Of a DNA stretch of 64,000 nucleotides, positions 19,492 through 30,457 are shown one piece after another. Under the pieces are notes generated by a model. That model was not told the DNA's origin, did not search any database, and worked only from the letters and a program-made list of their open reading frames with translations. The position numbers were made by a program, and so were the translations under genes. Source of the DNA: an uncultured Bacillales bacterium (GTDB lineage: Bacteria > Bacillota_I > Bacilli_A > RF39 > UBA660); contig CAMKAT010000003.1 in assembly GCA_946410555.1 (NCBI GenBank), forward strand, positions 5,007 through 69,006. The letters are read 5' to 3'. Position 1 is the first letter of the stretch. Each line of letters begins with the position of its first letter.

Positions 19492-19515
19492 ATATACTCT
19501 CCCTATTCTTTTAAA

Positions 19516-19524
19516 ATTATATCA
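19516..19524 (-). promoter_or_regulatory. Extended -10 promoter element TGATATAAT for second GH5-like gene/operon
   Basis: Minus strand TTTATGATATAATTTTAAAAGAATAGGGAGAG before the start at 19491. Confidence 0.6.
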
Positions 19525-19573
19525 TAAATAAAAGAATTATTCTTGTTACTTAAATAAAAAAAGAAAATAATTT

Positions 19574-20749
19574 TTAATTATTCTCCTTCTCATATTTATC
19601 AATCAATTCTAAATAATATTCATAAGTATTTTTTGAAATTTCATCCCAAGTTTTACCTAACATTTTATGGGCATTTTTACTAACTTCTTTATGTTTTTTT
19701 TCATGCTCAAGCACTTCTTTGATTTTATCTTTAAAAATTACATTATCAAGTTCACATGTGTAACCGCTTACATTATTGTCTACAGTATCTGCGGTAACAG
19801 AGTCTTCAATAAATAATCCTGGAGTTTCATTAACTGCTGCTTCTATTTGTACTAAGCTTGATGCATCAAATAATGATGGAAACAAAAATAAATCTGCCAT
19901 TTTATAATAAGCTGATAATTCTTTTCTATCTTTTATTTCACCAGTTAGAATTACTCTATCTTCTAGATTATACTCTTTAACTTTACTTTCTAACTTTTTA
20001 AAGTCAGAGCCTGTACCTACATAAAACATTTTAAAGTTATAATTGTCTTCTTTAAGTAGTTTAATAGAATCAAGGATAAAGAATATATTTTTTACTGAAG
20101 TTATTCTTCCAACGAATAAAAGAATCTTTTCATTAGTTAAATTATATTTTTTCTTTAAAGAATTAACTAAAGAAAGATCATCAAGTGGTTTAAGATCAGT
20201 TCCGTTATAAATAATTCTTGGAGTTTTTTTATAACCATAATCTTTAAATACTTTAATCATCTTAGAGTTAATAGCAATTCCTGCATAACACTTATTAAAT
20301 GTCTTTATTATTTTCTTAATAATAAGTTTATTAATAGTTTCATTCTTTGTTACTTTTCTAATTTCAAAATCAAATCTAGTATGCATAGTACATACTGATG
20401 GTATATTTAAGTCTTTAGCTAAATCAGTTCCTAATTTACCTATAGTAAATGGAGAATGAATATGAATAATATCAAACTTTTCATCAAGAAGTTTTTTATA
20501 TTCTTTTGAATGTTTAAGTGATGGTATACCTAACCTATAGTCAGAAAAAGGTACATCAATACTTTTAATTCTAATTATTTTATATGGTTTATTTTTATCT
20601 TCATCGATAGTATTAGTATAAGGAACTACTAAAACTACATCATTAGTTTTAGATAATTCTTTACATAAGTTATCTATTACTAGTACTACTCCATCAATTG
20701 CAGGATAATAACTATCCATAAATATTCCTATTTTAAGTCTTTTCTTCAT
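19574..20749 (-). CDS. Glycosyltransferase family 4 (diacylglycerol glycosyltransferase-like)
   Basis: KIGIFMDSYYPAIDGVVLVIDNL, GRITSVKNIFFILDSI, ADLFLFPSLFDASSLVQIEAA GT-B signatures. Confidence 0.88.
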   Translation of the reverse strand: MKKRLKIGIFMDSYYPAIDGVVLVIDNLCKELSKTNDVVLVVPYTNTIDEDKNKPYKIIRIKSIDVPFSDYRLGIPSLKHSKEYKKLLDEKFDIIHIHSPFTIGKLGTDLAKDLNIPSVCTMHTRFDFEIRKVTKNETINKLIIKKIIKTFNKCYAGIAINSKMIKVFKDYGYKKTPRIIYNGTDLKPLDDLSLVNSLKKKYNLTNEKILLFVGRITSVKNIFFILDSIKLLKEDNYNFKMFYVGTGSDFKKLESKVKEYNLEDRVILTGEIKDRKELSAYYKMADLFLFPSLFDASSLVQIEAAVNETPGLFIEDSVTADTVDNNVSGYTCELDNVIFKDKIKEVLEHEKKHKEVSKNAHKMLGKTWDEISKNTYEYYLELIDKYEKENN

Positions 20750-20758
20750 ATAATCACC

Positions 20759-21961
20759 TTACATCTTAAAATACTTAATTATAAACTTTGTAACATCATC
20801 ACTAGATTCAACACTAATAGTACCATTATTCTTTTCGATAATAGTCTTAGCTAAAGGTAAACCTATTCCTATTGAATCTTTATTAGAGTTTTTGCTCTTA
20901 TAGAATCTTTCAAAGATATGTTTTATATCTTTAGGATCAATTGTTTCTCCATAATTAATAACAGTTATACTTGAATAAACATTATTTTCATCAAAGATGA
21001 TATCTACTTTTGAGTCTTCTTTAGAATGCTCAATTGCATTCTTAACAATGTTAGTTATTGCTTCTTTTTGCCATAAAGGATCTATATTAATATCCTCTTT
21101 AAATAAACCCTCTACTTTGATAGATACATTCTTTAAGTCACTAATTAACTCTACATTTTTAATAGATGAGTTAACTAATTCTTTAAGACTTGTATTCTTA
21201 TTATTAAATTCAATAGTATTAGATTCAAACTTAGATAGTTTTAGTATGTTTTGAACTAAGAAATTAATATTCATAGTTTCTTTTTTAATATCACCAATAA
21301 ATTCTTGTTTTGTTTCTTCATCCATCTCTCTATTATCTATGATATTATCTAGCATAATTAATATACTAGTAAGTGGAGTCTTAAGTTGATGTGAAATATC
21401 TTCAAGTGAATTTTTAAGTTCTCTCCTTGCATGATCACTATTCTCTGACTCTTCTTTTAAATATATCATTGTCTTATAAATTTCATTCTTTAGAATAGAC
21501 AATTCATCTTCAGTTAAATCATCAATCTTTAAATCATAATTCTTTTTATTTATTTCTTTAATTATATTTATTACTCCATTTATTTCTTTTTCTTTTCTAT
21601 AGTTATAAATAGTAAATATAATAAATAATAAACATAATGGAGATATAAATAGTAATACAGTAACAATTATATTAGTATTAAACTTTTTATTATTAATATT
21701 TATGTATGAATTAGTTCTTGAAGTATATTTTTTAAGTACGCTATCATTATTATCTTTTAAAAGATTACTAACTAAATCTTCTTCATTTACTTCAGGATAT
21801 AATTCTTTTACATTAGAAATTACATCATCAATTTTTTCATTATAATAATAACTATATGTTTTATATGAATATATATTAAAAATAATAAATGATATTAGGC
21901 AAATAATACTTACAATAACACTTATTATTAAATACTTTTTATAGAAAATATTATTCTTCAT
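20759..21961 (-). CDS. Sensor histidine kinase
   Basis: Two TMs; LEDISHQLKTPLTSILIMLDN (H box), KNAIEHSKEDSKVDI (N box), GIGLPLAKTIIEKNNGTISVES (G box). Confidence 0.95.
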   Translation of the reverse strand: MKNNIFYKKYLIISVIVSIICLISFIIFNIYSYKTYSYYYNEKIDDVISNVKELYPEVNEEDLVSNLLKDNNDSVLKKYTSRTNSYININNKKFNTNIIVTVLLFISPLCLLFIIFTIYNYRKEKEINGVINIIKEINKKNYDLKIDDLTEDELSILKNEIYKTMIYLKEESENSDHARRELKNSLEDISHQLKTPLTSILIMLDNIIDNREMDEETKQEFIGDIKKETMNINFLVQNILKLSKFESNTIEFNNKNTSLKELVNSSIKNVELISDLKNVSIKVEGLFKEDINIDPLWQKEAITNIVKNAIEHSKEDSKVDIIFDENNVYSSITVINYGETIDPKDIKHIFERFYKSKNSNKDSIGIGLPLAKTIIEKNNGTISVESSDDVTKFIIKYFKM

Positions 21962-22607
21962 TTAATCTATAACCTATTCCTTTGACTGTTTTAATTGATG
22001 TTTCTCCAAGTTTTTCTCTGATTCTTTTTAAATAAACAGTAACTGTATGATCATCAATATAATTACCCGTCCATTCAAATACTTTGTCGAGAATGTTATC
22101 CCTGGAAACAACTGAGCCTTTATTTAAAAATAGTAAGTTAACTATTTTCAATTCTAATGGAGATAGTTCGACTTCTTTATCATCTTTAAGAAGTTTCATT
22201 GATTCAATATCATATTTTAAATTATTTATAGTTATTATTGTTTTCTTTTTATTTCTGAGTAGTATTTTATTTATTCTTGCAAGTAGTTCTTTAGTACTAA
22301 ATGGTTTAGTAATATAATCTTCAGCACCAAGATCTAAACCCTTAACAACATTGTTTTCATCATCTAAGGCAGTTAAGAATATAACAGGTATATCTTTATC
22401 CTTTAATGAATTATTAAAGAAATCAAAACCATTACCATCAGGAAGTGTTACATCTAGAACTATTAAATCAATATTTGAGTTATTTAATAAATAATTCTTA
22501 GCATCTAAGATACTAGATTTATAACTTAAATTATAATTAGTATTTTTAAATGCATATATAAGTCCTTTGATAATCATTTCATTATCTTCGATAAGTAAAA
22601 TATTCAT
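21951..22607 (-). CDS. OmpR-family response regulator
   Basis: LLIEDNEMI, IDLIVLDVTLPDGNG, LGAEDYITKPF receiver motifs; winged-helix C-terminus KRIREKLGETSIKTVKGIGYRL. Overlaps the kinase start by 11 nt. Confidence 0.95.
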   Translation of the reverse strand: MNILLIEDNEMIIKGLIYAFKNTNYNLSYKSSILDAKNYLLNNSNIDLIVLDVTLPDGNGFDFFNNSLKDKDIPVIFLTALDDENNVVKGLDLGAEDYITKPFSTKELLARINKILLRNKKKTIITINNLKYDIESMKLLKDDKEVELSPLELKIVNLLFLNKGSVVSRDNILDKVFEWTGNYIDDHTVTVYLKRIREKLGETSIKTVKGIGYRLNEE

Positions 22608-22655
22608 ACTACCACCTTTTAAATTATATCATATATTTTAATAAGCAAATAAAAA

Positions 22656-22674
22656 GACAACACTAAGTGTTGTC
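22656..22674 (-). terminator. Rho-independent terminator closing the dockerin operon
   Basis: GACAACAC-TAA-GTGTTGTC hairpin followed on the minus strand by TTTTTATTTG. Confidence 0.85.
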
Positions 22675-22677
22675 AAT

Positions 22678-25600
22678 TTATAAAGATTTAGTTTTACCTT
22701 TATAGTAATTATATAATTTAGATACATCACTTAAATTAACTGAACTAGAATTATTAACTTTTGCAGCTTTTAAGTAATTACCAGTTAAAGTAGTTTTACC
22801 TTTATAGTAGTTATATATCTTAGATACATCACTTAAGTTAATATAACCATCTCCAGTTACATCTCCGATAAGTACAAGTTTATATTCTGCGTTTCCAACT
22901 TTAACTGTAGTATCAGTACCAATAGCTATATTAGTGGTAATTTCAGTTCCGTTTTTAATAACTTTTATTTGATCTGTTGCTGTAATATTATTAACAAAAT
23001 CATTTCTTAAAAGCGTTTTAACAACTGGACTTACTTTAATAGTAGTAGTATCAATTGTATACTTGTTTGATGTTACTGGTGATACCTCACTATTAATACT
23101 ATTCTTAAGATGATCTACGATCATACTAGCTATTTTAACAAATCCATAATCACCAGGGTGACCCGCAATTCCATCGTTTGTTACATATAAAGTTGATCTA
23201 TTAACGTCATAGTATTTAGCTCCCATGAATGAATTTTCTCTAGCACTACTTTTGTTATATTGAATTACTTCAATATTATTGTTATCTGCAACTTCTTGCA
23301 TCTCACCAATTGTGTATACATTAACTTTAGTGTTATACATAACATAAATCTTTGCTTCCGGATATGCTTTAATAAATTCTTTTAAGAAGTAGTCAAAGTC
23401 AGATTTGAATGTTGCTCTTCGATCTTCAAAACTTCCAACATTTTCTCCAAGTTGAAGGAATACTGTTTTAGTTGGAAGATTAGGATCGATAAGTCCGTTA
23501 AACTCATCAATTATTTCTTGAGTTTTTTCTTTTCTTAACTCTGGAGTGACTGCAGATTCCCAACGGTTAACTGTAGTTCTTACAGGTTTAATATTTGGAT
23601 TTAAACTCTTTAAGTATTGAGTAACATAATAATAGTAGTCATACTCTATGTCAGTTGCAGCCATACCTTGAGAACCAAATCCTTTAGTATAAGAGTTTCC
23701 TAAGACAATTACATTTTGAGCTTCGATTGCTTTAGAGTCTTTGTTAGTATTAAATCCAAGAAGTTTAACATCCATCTTAGCATCACTAACTGTATGATTA
23801 GTAATATCAATACTAACTCCATCCATTAGGAATTCTCTTTTATATTTATCTACGAATCTATATTTAGCACCTGTGATTACATTATCACTATTACTTAATG
23901 TTTTAACTTCATAAGAACCACTATCACCATAATGAAGTTCATCAAATAATACTATATAATTTTTACCATCACCTTGGATTAAAGGTCTATAGTTTTTTAG
24001 TGGTATATAATATAGATTAGCTCCATAAGTACTCTTCATATTTTCAATAATAGATTCAAATGAAGATGGACCAAATAATTGGAATCCAACTGGACTTACA
24101 GTAGTAATAACTGTTACATCTGTTGGTAATGTAAATGATTCATTTGGAATTACTAATTTATTAAAGTTAGGTAAATCTTTAAGAGCTCCAATTTCTGCGG
24201 TAGTAATATTAGCACCTAAGACAACTGACTCAAGATACTTACAGTTCTTTAAAACAATTTCACTAAGTTTTGTAACCTTAGATGGAAATACTATAACTCT
24301 AAGTCTTGGGTTACTCATGAATGCACCAGTATTAATATTCTCTACTGATTCAGGAATATTAATAGCATCTATATATGTATAAGAAAGTGCATATGAATCA
24401 ATCGTAGTAACTAAATCACCTTCGAATGTAATGGATGTAAAGTAAGGAGATCCTCCTAACCAATTTGATGGATTAGAGAAATTGTAAGGAATCTTTGTTA
24501 CTTTAGGACCTATATAAAGTTTAATTCCTGTAGACTTCTTACCTACCATATAAAGACTCATGTTATTTGTTTTTAAACTTTTTAAACTCTTAGCATTAAA
24601 ATGGAATTCTTGTACATAGAATAAATTTGTAAATGCATAAGTACCTATATAAGTAACATTTTCATCTATAACTACTTTACTTATGTAACCCTTATATTGA
24701 TTCCAAGGAGTTTCAGATGCAGCATTATAATCTGCCATATCTCCAGACCCTGAGATTGTAAGAGTTCTTTTACTCAAATTAATTGTATAAGTAGCATTTC
24801 CTGTTGTTCCTGTAACTGTATTAGTAGGATTACTACTTGAATCATCATAAATTACAAACTCATTATCTTTTAACATTCCTTCGTTATATTTAAGTTGTTT
24901 ATTATAATCAAATAAAATCTTTTGAGTATCGTTTGAATAAATATATCCAAACAATCTACCGTTATAATTATAGAATTTATTATTTCTAATGATTGGTAAT
25001 GATTCAGCATTACTTGCGGATATATGTAACATGACTGGACCAACATATGTAGTATCATCTGGTTTTAAATTAACATTTGTTGTATCAAATATATTATTCT
25101 CAATAATATATTCTCCATTATGTTCAACCACGTTCTTTGTTTCACTAGAAACATCCCAAGCTTTTATTAATGCTTCAGTATGTCTTGGTCTTGTTTCTGT
25201 ATAACCATATCCTGAAGTTCTTAAGATATTATTTTTGATATACATTTGATTTATATATGTTTGATTAGTATATTTTGTTTCACTTGTTTCTCTAGTTTCA
25301 TTCCAATACTCAATTGCATAAGCACAATTTTCAATAACATTACCATCGAATGTCGCTTTTTCAACCTTTGATGCATGACCAGCATCAGCCGTATATTGGA
25401 AAGTTAATCCTGCATCATATATTTCATAAACATAATTGTTTTTAAGTACAAATCCATCTTTAACTGGATAACCAGTACGACTCTTTACTTCTCCATAGAT
25501 TTCTACTCCATTACCTAACCTTGTAGGTCTTCCATCATCATTATAGTATTGTTTCATACCTCCGATATAAGCAATTTCACAATTACTAATAGTTAGATTA

Positions 25601-26496
25601 GCAACAGTACCACCATTGATACCATGATGACCATAGAATTTAACTTCTAGATTATCTATCACAATATCAGTATAATTACCAAATGCTATACCACTATTAC
25701 CTGGAGCTATTTCTATATCGTCAAATCTTTCACCAGGGTTACCTACAGAATATAAATATAAATTTTTACCTGTTTTTTCAGCATTTGAAGCATGACCAGA
25801 ATGATAAAAATCTAAGTCATTAGTTAATAATTCGAAAATATTTTCATCTGTATCTTCGAATGTTTTATAAGGAATTTTCTTATCACCAAAACTATATTTA
25901 GTTTTTCCGTCAGTTGTAGTTCTTGAACAATTGTTATTACCTTTATTACAGAAGAACCAAATAGCTCCGATATCACTTGTAATAACTGCATCTTTGCCAT
26001 TTTGTTGGTACTTCCAAATATTAGGAGAAACTTCTACCCAAAGACTTGCATTTGCAGAGTTTTGAGATGGACCATAAATCTTAGGTTTACCCTTTTTAAT
26101 ATCTCCGTATGATCCTAATGTTAAACCATAAACTTGTAGTGATAAACTACCTCTGAATGTATCTCCATCATTAAATAGGATTGCATCTCCATTTTTAAAT
26201 GTTTTTGCATACATCATGTTCATTACTTTGCTTAATGATTTTATTGGTCTTTCTTTAGATAATCCATCATTTGCATCGCTACCACTTGCAGATACATAAT
26301 AAATATTACCTGTGATTTTAGTAATATCTGTATTACCATTATTTTTTATTTCATTAATTCTTGTAACTGCTAATTCCTTTATTGCCTCAGGAGTAATACT
26401 ATAAGTACTAGTCACTGAAACGATAAAAGTGGTGATAGTAAACACCAATAATGCGATAAATAATTTAAGTTTCTTTTCTCTCATAACTATCACCAC
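22678..26496 (-). CDS. Giant secreted multidomain protein C: beta-helix, LRR_5/BspA-like, SGNH hydrolase, dockerin-like domain
   Basis: Likely start ATG 26484. Signal sequence; GNIYYVSASGSDANDGLSKERPIKSLSKV...LGSYGDIKKGKPKI; YIGTYAF...KVTKIP repeats; IVLGNSYTKG...LQLGENVG...GHPGDYG; GDVTGDGYINLSDVSKIYNYYKG...VNLSDVSKLYNYYKG. Confidence 0.85.
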   Translation of the reverse strand: MVIVMREKKLKLFIALLVFTITTFIVSVTSTYSITPEAIKELAVTRINEIKNNGNTDITKITGNIYYVSASGSDANDGLSKERPIKSLSKVMNMMYAKTFKNGDAILFNDGDTFRGSLSLQVYGLTLGSYGDIKKGKPKIYGPSQNSANASLWVEVSPNIWKYQQNGKDAVITSDIGAIWFFCNKGNNNCSRTTTDGKTKYSFGDKKIPYKTFEDTDENIFELLTNDLDFYHSGHASNAEKTGKNLYLYSVGNPGERFDDIEIAPGNSGIAFGNYTDIVIDNLEVKFYGHHGINGGTVANLTISNCEIAYIGGMKQYYNDDGRPTRLGNGVEIYGEVKSRTGYPVKDGFVLKNNYVYEIYDAGLTFQYTADAGHASKVEKATFDGNVIENCAYAIEYWNETRETSETKYTNQTYINQMYIKNNILRTSGYGYTETRPRHTEALIKAWDVSSETKNVVEHNGEYIIENNIFDTTNVNLKPDDTTYVGPVMLHISASNAESLPIIRNNKFYNYNGRLFGYIYSNDTQKILFDYNKQLKYNEGMLKDNEFVIYDDSSSNPTNTVTGTTGNATYTINLSKRTLTISGSGDMADYNAASETPWNQYKGYISKVVIDENVTYIGTYAFTNLFYVQEFHFNAKSLKSLKTNNMSLYMVGKKSTGIKLYIGPKVTKIPYNFSNPSNWLGGSPYFTSITFEGDLVTTIDSYALSYTYIDAINIPESVENINTGAFMSNPRLRVIVFPSKVTKLSEIVLKNCKYLESVVLGANITTAEIGALKDLPNFNKLVIPNESFTLPTDVTVITTVSPVGFQLFGPSSFESIIENMKSTYGANLYYIPLKNYRPLIQGDGKNYIVLFDELHYGDSGSYEVKTLSNSDNVITGAKYRFVDKYKREFLMDGVSIDITNHTVSDAKMDVKLLGFNTNKDSKAIEAQNVIVLGNSYTKGFGSQGMAATDIEYDYYYYVTQYLKSLNPNIKPVRTTVNRWESAVTPELRKEKTQEIIDEFNGLIDPNLPTKTVFLQLGENVGSFEDRRATFKSDFDYFLKEFIKAYPEAKIYVMYNTKVNVYTIGEMQEVADNNNIEVIQYNKSSARENSFMGAKYYDVNRSTLYVTNDGIAGHPGDYGFVKIASMIVDHLKNSINSEVSPVTSNKYTIDTTTIKVSPVVKTLLRNDFVNNITATDQIKVIKNGTEITTNIAIGTDTTVKVGNAEYKLVLIGDVTGDGYINLSDVSKIYNYYKGKTTLTGNYLKAAKVNNSSSVNLSDVSKLYNYYKGKTKSL

Positions 26497-26503
26497 CTCT
26501 TTT

Positions 26504-29500
26504 CTATATGTTGTTTATTTTACCTTTATAAAAATTATAAAGCTTTGAAACATCTCCAAGCACTACTGATGATGATTCAGTAATCCTTCCTGCTTCTAAA
26601 TAATCTCCTGTTAAAGTTGTTTTCTTTTTATAGGAATTATAAAGTTTTGAAACATCACTTAGATTAATAATTCCATCACCAGTTACGTCTCCTCTTACTA
26701 TAACTTTATACTCTATATCTTTAACCTTTACTTTAGAACCGGTACCAACATATGTATTAGTATCAAGTTTTACTCCACCAACATAAATATCATAATCATA
26801 ATCTGATGTAATATTATTTTTAAGTTCATTTCTCATGTAATTCTTAGAAGTTGGTTTTGCAATGATTGTTTTATTTTGAATTTTATACTTAGTAGATTTA
26901 ATTTCTATTGTTTTAGTATCTAAATTACTCTTTAAATAATCTATTGCCATATTAGCTAAGTTTAAGCTTCCATAATCATTTGGATGGCAGGCTACTCCTT
27001 CATTTGTAACATATGCAGCCTTATTAGATGCATTATAATATTTAGCACCAATAAATGTTTCATATCTTTTAGATGCACCTTTATATCCTCCATATAATGT
27101 AGCATCTACATTATATTTACTTGCTACATTTAAAAGTGGAGTCTTTATATTACTTGGTAACCAATGAGGATAAAGAATAATTATTTTTGCATTTGGATAT
27201 GCTTTTTGGAATTCTGAAATCATATAATCAAATGATGATTCAACATTTACTTGTCTTTCAGGAAAGCTTGCATTAGCTAAGTTTTCACCAAGTTGAATAA
27301 AGAATAAATCTACATTATTTGGATCATCAATCTTTGCATTATATTGACTGATTAAATTTTGAACTTCAGCATTTCTATCTACTGGTATATAAGTTGTAGG
27401 TGTCGTAGAATAGTCTCCTTTTCTTACTTCTTCCCAATGATTAATTGCTAATCTATATGATTTAACATTTGGACTTAAACTCTTTAAATATTGATTCATG
27501 TAATGATAATAATCAGTATCAACATCGGTTGATCCCATAGAATGTGTTGCCCAACCAATTAAAAATGAGTTACCTAAATATAATACATTCTTAGCATCAA
27601 GTATCTTATTATCTTTATTATAAATATTTCCGGTTAATTCAACATCCATATAAATATTACTTAAAGTATTACTATTTAAATCAATGTTTGGTCCATCAAA
27701 TAAATATTTGTGTTTAAACCTATCAATATATCTATATTTCGCTCCCGTTATATTAACTGATGCATTAGCAAGTGCTTTTACTTCATAAGTAGTAGATTCA
27801 CCATAATGGAAATCATCATATAATGCATAGAATGTTTTACTATCTCCCCAAATCATTGGTCTATAGTAAGTATCTAGAGAAACATAATAAGCATTTACTC
27901 CGATTGACTTAAGTGAATTTACTACAGTTTCAATACTTTGAGGTCCAAAGAATTGAATACCAGTTGATTCAAATGGAACTTTATAAGTTGTTACATTATT
28001 TTCAGTTGTAGTTGTAATACCAAATACATTAGCTGATGGATCGAAATTAAAGTTAGGATTTGTAATTACAAGTCTTTCTAAATGTTTAAGATTACTTAAC
28101 GAATTAGCATTTAATGTTGTTAAATTTTTACCTAAGATAACAACTTCTAGATTATAGCAACTACCAATTACATTTCCATTAAGTGTAGTAAGATTATCTG
28201 GTAGTTTTGCAACTTTTAAACCTCGGTTATAGAAGAATGCACCATATCCAATACTTGTAACACTTTCAGGTAATAATAAAAATTCAAATGATAAATATGC
28301 AAATGAATATTTACCTATCGTTGTTACTTTATTACCTTTGAATTCGTATTCAGTAATATTAGGTGTAAAATCTTTAGTGGACTTTTTAAGCTTCTCTTTT
28401 TCTTCTTGAGTTAGTGATACTGGAAATAATAAATAATCAGGAATCATAGTAACATTTGCTCCAATTATAATCTTAGTTCCAGCAGTAGATCTACCTACTC
28501 TAGAGAAAGCATAGTTTTTATTTGCAAGATTGCTTGCAGTCTTTGCATTATAATTTATAATTTTAACATACTCTAATCCTTCGAAAGCATAATTTCCTAT
28601 CTTAGTTACATTCTCATCAATTGTAATAGTCTTAATATATTCTTTATATTGATGCCATGGTGCTACACTTGATTCAGTATAGTCTGCCATTGCACCACTA
28701 CCAGATATTTTAAGTTCTAATGTTTTAAAGTTTAATGTCCATGTTGCACTTCCGGTAGTACCTGAGATTTTATCAGTTCTTCTTGAAGGTTCATCAAATA
28801 TATAGAATTCATTACCTTCGAAATATCCTTCGGTATTTTTTACCATACTATTGTAAGGAATAAATGCTCTAACATTATCTGATGATCCAATTTGACCTAA
28901 ATTTCTATTACTATAATTATAGAATTTATTATTTTTAAATACTGGCAATGACTCTATATTAGTTGTATCAATATGAAGCATCCAAATTCCAGTTAATACT
29001 CCATATTTATCTTTAAGTTGTCCTGTTGTATCAAATATATTATTTTCAATAATAAATTCGTTTTTGACTCTATTCCAAGATTCTGAACCACCATCCCAAG
29101 CTTTGATTAATGCTTCGTAACCATGTTCTGGTCTTACTTCAGTGAATCCCATACCAGCATATCTTAAAATATTATTAGTAAAATAAATGTTACCTAAATA
29201 TGTTTCTTTAATTAATTCTTGATTAGTTGCTTCATTAGTACCATTCCAATATTCTATGTTGTAACTACAATATTCTACGACATTATTATCATAAGTTAGT
29301 CTTTCAACTCTGTTTTTCTTGCCCTCTGCTGCAGTATATTGGAAAGTTAATCCAGCATCATATATCTCATATATGTAATTATTTCTTGCAACATATCCAT
29401 CTTTTACAGTATATCCATTAATATTATCAATTGCTCCATAAGATTGAATACCATTACCTAATCTTAATCCCCAATGACCATCTGCATCATATTTTTGAGT

Positions 29501-30442
29501 CATTCCACCAATATAACTAATTTCACAATTAGTAACAGTAACATTAGCTACATTATTAATAGCTATGGCATGTCTTCCAAAGAAACTTATTTCTAAGTTA
29601 TCAATAATAGTATCTGAATAATTTCCTACTTTAATTCCGTTATCACCAAGAGATATTTCAATATCATCAAATCTAGTACTTGGATTACTAGTAGAATAAA
29701 GATATAAAACACCACCAGTAGTTGATGATTCACAAGCATGACCCATATGATAGAACTGTAAGTCTTTAGTTAATTGAGAAACTGCAAATGATTCTGATTC
29801 AGTTACATTATCATTAGACATTCTCTTATCACCAAAACTATATTTAGTTTTTCCATCAGTTGTAGTTCTTGTACAATTATTATTACCACTCTTACAGAAG
29901 AACCAAATAGCTCCAACATCTTTAGGGAATTTTTTATCTTTTCCATCTACTTGGTATTTCCATACATTACCTGATACTTTTACCCAAGAACCTGTCGTAG
30001 CAGCATTTGCTTCAGATCCATGAATCTTAGGTTTTCCTTTAGATATTGTTCCATATGAACCGAATAAAATATTATGATCTTTAAGTGTTAAATTACTACC
30101 TTTGAATGTATCACCATCTCTAAATAGAACTGCATCACCTTTTTTAATTGTTTTATTACCAAGTAATTCATTTACTTTTGCTGTAGTTTTTAGTGGTTTA
30201 CTTTGTGATTTTCCATCATTTGAATCATTACCATCATTAGATACATAATAAATAGTACCTGTTACTTTAGATACATCTGTATTTTGTGTAGATCTAATCT
30301 CGTTTATTCTTGTCTTTACTAAAGAAGTAATTGAACTATTATCTGTGATAGAAAGTGAATTACTTCCAGACAATAAAAAAAGAGATAAAGAAAATACTAG
30401 TAAACATACCATTACCTTGTATTTCTTCTTCATCTCTTTCAC
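26504..30442 (-). CDS. Giant secreted multidomain protein B, paralog of C
   Basis: Same architecture; GTIYYVSNDGNDSNDGKSQSKPLKT, YLGNSFLIGW, QLGENLAN, CHPNDYG, GDVTGDGIINLSDVSKLYNSYKK...VVLGDVSKLYNFYKG. Confidence 0.85.
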   Translation of the reverse strand: MKEMKKKYKVMVCLLVFSLSLFLLSGSNSLSITDNSSITSLVKTRINEIRSTQNTDVSKVTGTIYYVSNDGNDSNDGKSQSKPLKTTAKVNELLGNKTIKKGDAVLFRDGDTFKGSNLTLKDHNILFGSYGTISKGKPKIHGSEANAATTGSWVKVSGNVWKYQVDGKDKKFPKDVGAIWFFCKSGNNNCTRTTTDGKTKYSFGDKRMSNDNVTESESFAVSQLTKDLQFYHMGHACESSTTGGVLYLYSTSNPSTRFDDIEISLGDNGIKVGNYSDTIIDNLEISFFGRHAIAINNVANVTVTNCEISYIGGMTQKYDADGHWGLRLGNGIQSYGAIDNINGYTVKDGYVARNNYIYEIYDAGLTFQYTAAEGKKNRVERLTYDNNVVEYCSYNIEYWNGTNEATNQELIKETYLGNIYFTNNILRYAGMGFTEVRPEHGYEALIKAWDGGSESWNRVKNEFIIENNIFDTTGQLKDKYGVLTGIWMLHIDTTNIESLPVFKNNKFYNYSNRNLGQIGSSDNVRAFIPYNSMVKNTEGYFEGNEFYIFDEPSRRTDKISGTTGSATWTLNFKTLELKISGSGAMADYTESSVAPWHQYKEYIKTITIDENVTKIGNYAFEGLEYVKIINYNAKTASNLANKNYAFSRVGRSTAGTKIIIGANVTMIPDYLLFPVSLTQEEKEKLKKSTKDFTPNITEYEFKGNKVTTIGKYSFAYLSFEFLLLPESVTSIGYGAFFYNRGLKVAKLPDNLTTLNGNVIGSCYNLEVVILGKNLTTLNANSLSNLKHLERLVITNPNFNFDPSANVFGITTTTENNVTTYKVPFESTGIQFFGPQSIETVVNSLKSIGVNAYYVSLDTYYRPMIWGDSKTFYALYDDFHYGESTTYEVKALANASVNITGAKYRYIDRFKHKYLFDGPNIDLNSNTLSNIYMDVELTGNIYNKDNKILDAKNVLYLGNSFLIGWATHSMGSTDVDTDYYHYMNQYLKSLSPNVKSYRLAINHWEEVRKGDYSTTPTTYIPVDRNAEVQNLISQYNAKIDDPNNVDLFFIQLGENLANASFPERQVNVESSFDYMISEFQKAYPNAKIIILYPHWLPSNIKTPLLNVASKYNVDATLYGGYKGASKRYETFIGAKYYNASNKAAYVTNEGVACHPNDYGSLNLANMAIDYLKSNLDTKTIEIKSTKYKIQNKTIIAKPTSKNYMRNELKNNITSDYDYDIYVGGVKLDTNTYVGTGSKVKVKDIEYKVIVRGDVTGDGIINLSDVSKLYNSYKKKTTLTGDYLEAGRITESSSVVLGDVSKLYNFYKGKINNI

Positions 30443-30457
30443 CTCAATTCTAAGTTG

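Noticed and set aside
24870-25058. Minus-strand 62-aa ORF
   Set aside because: Out-of-frame ORF inside giant protein C with no independent signals.
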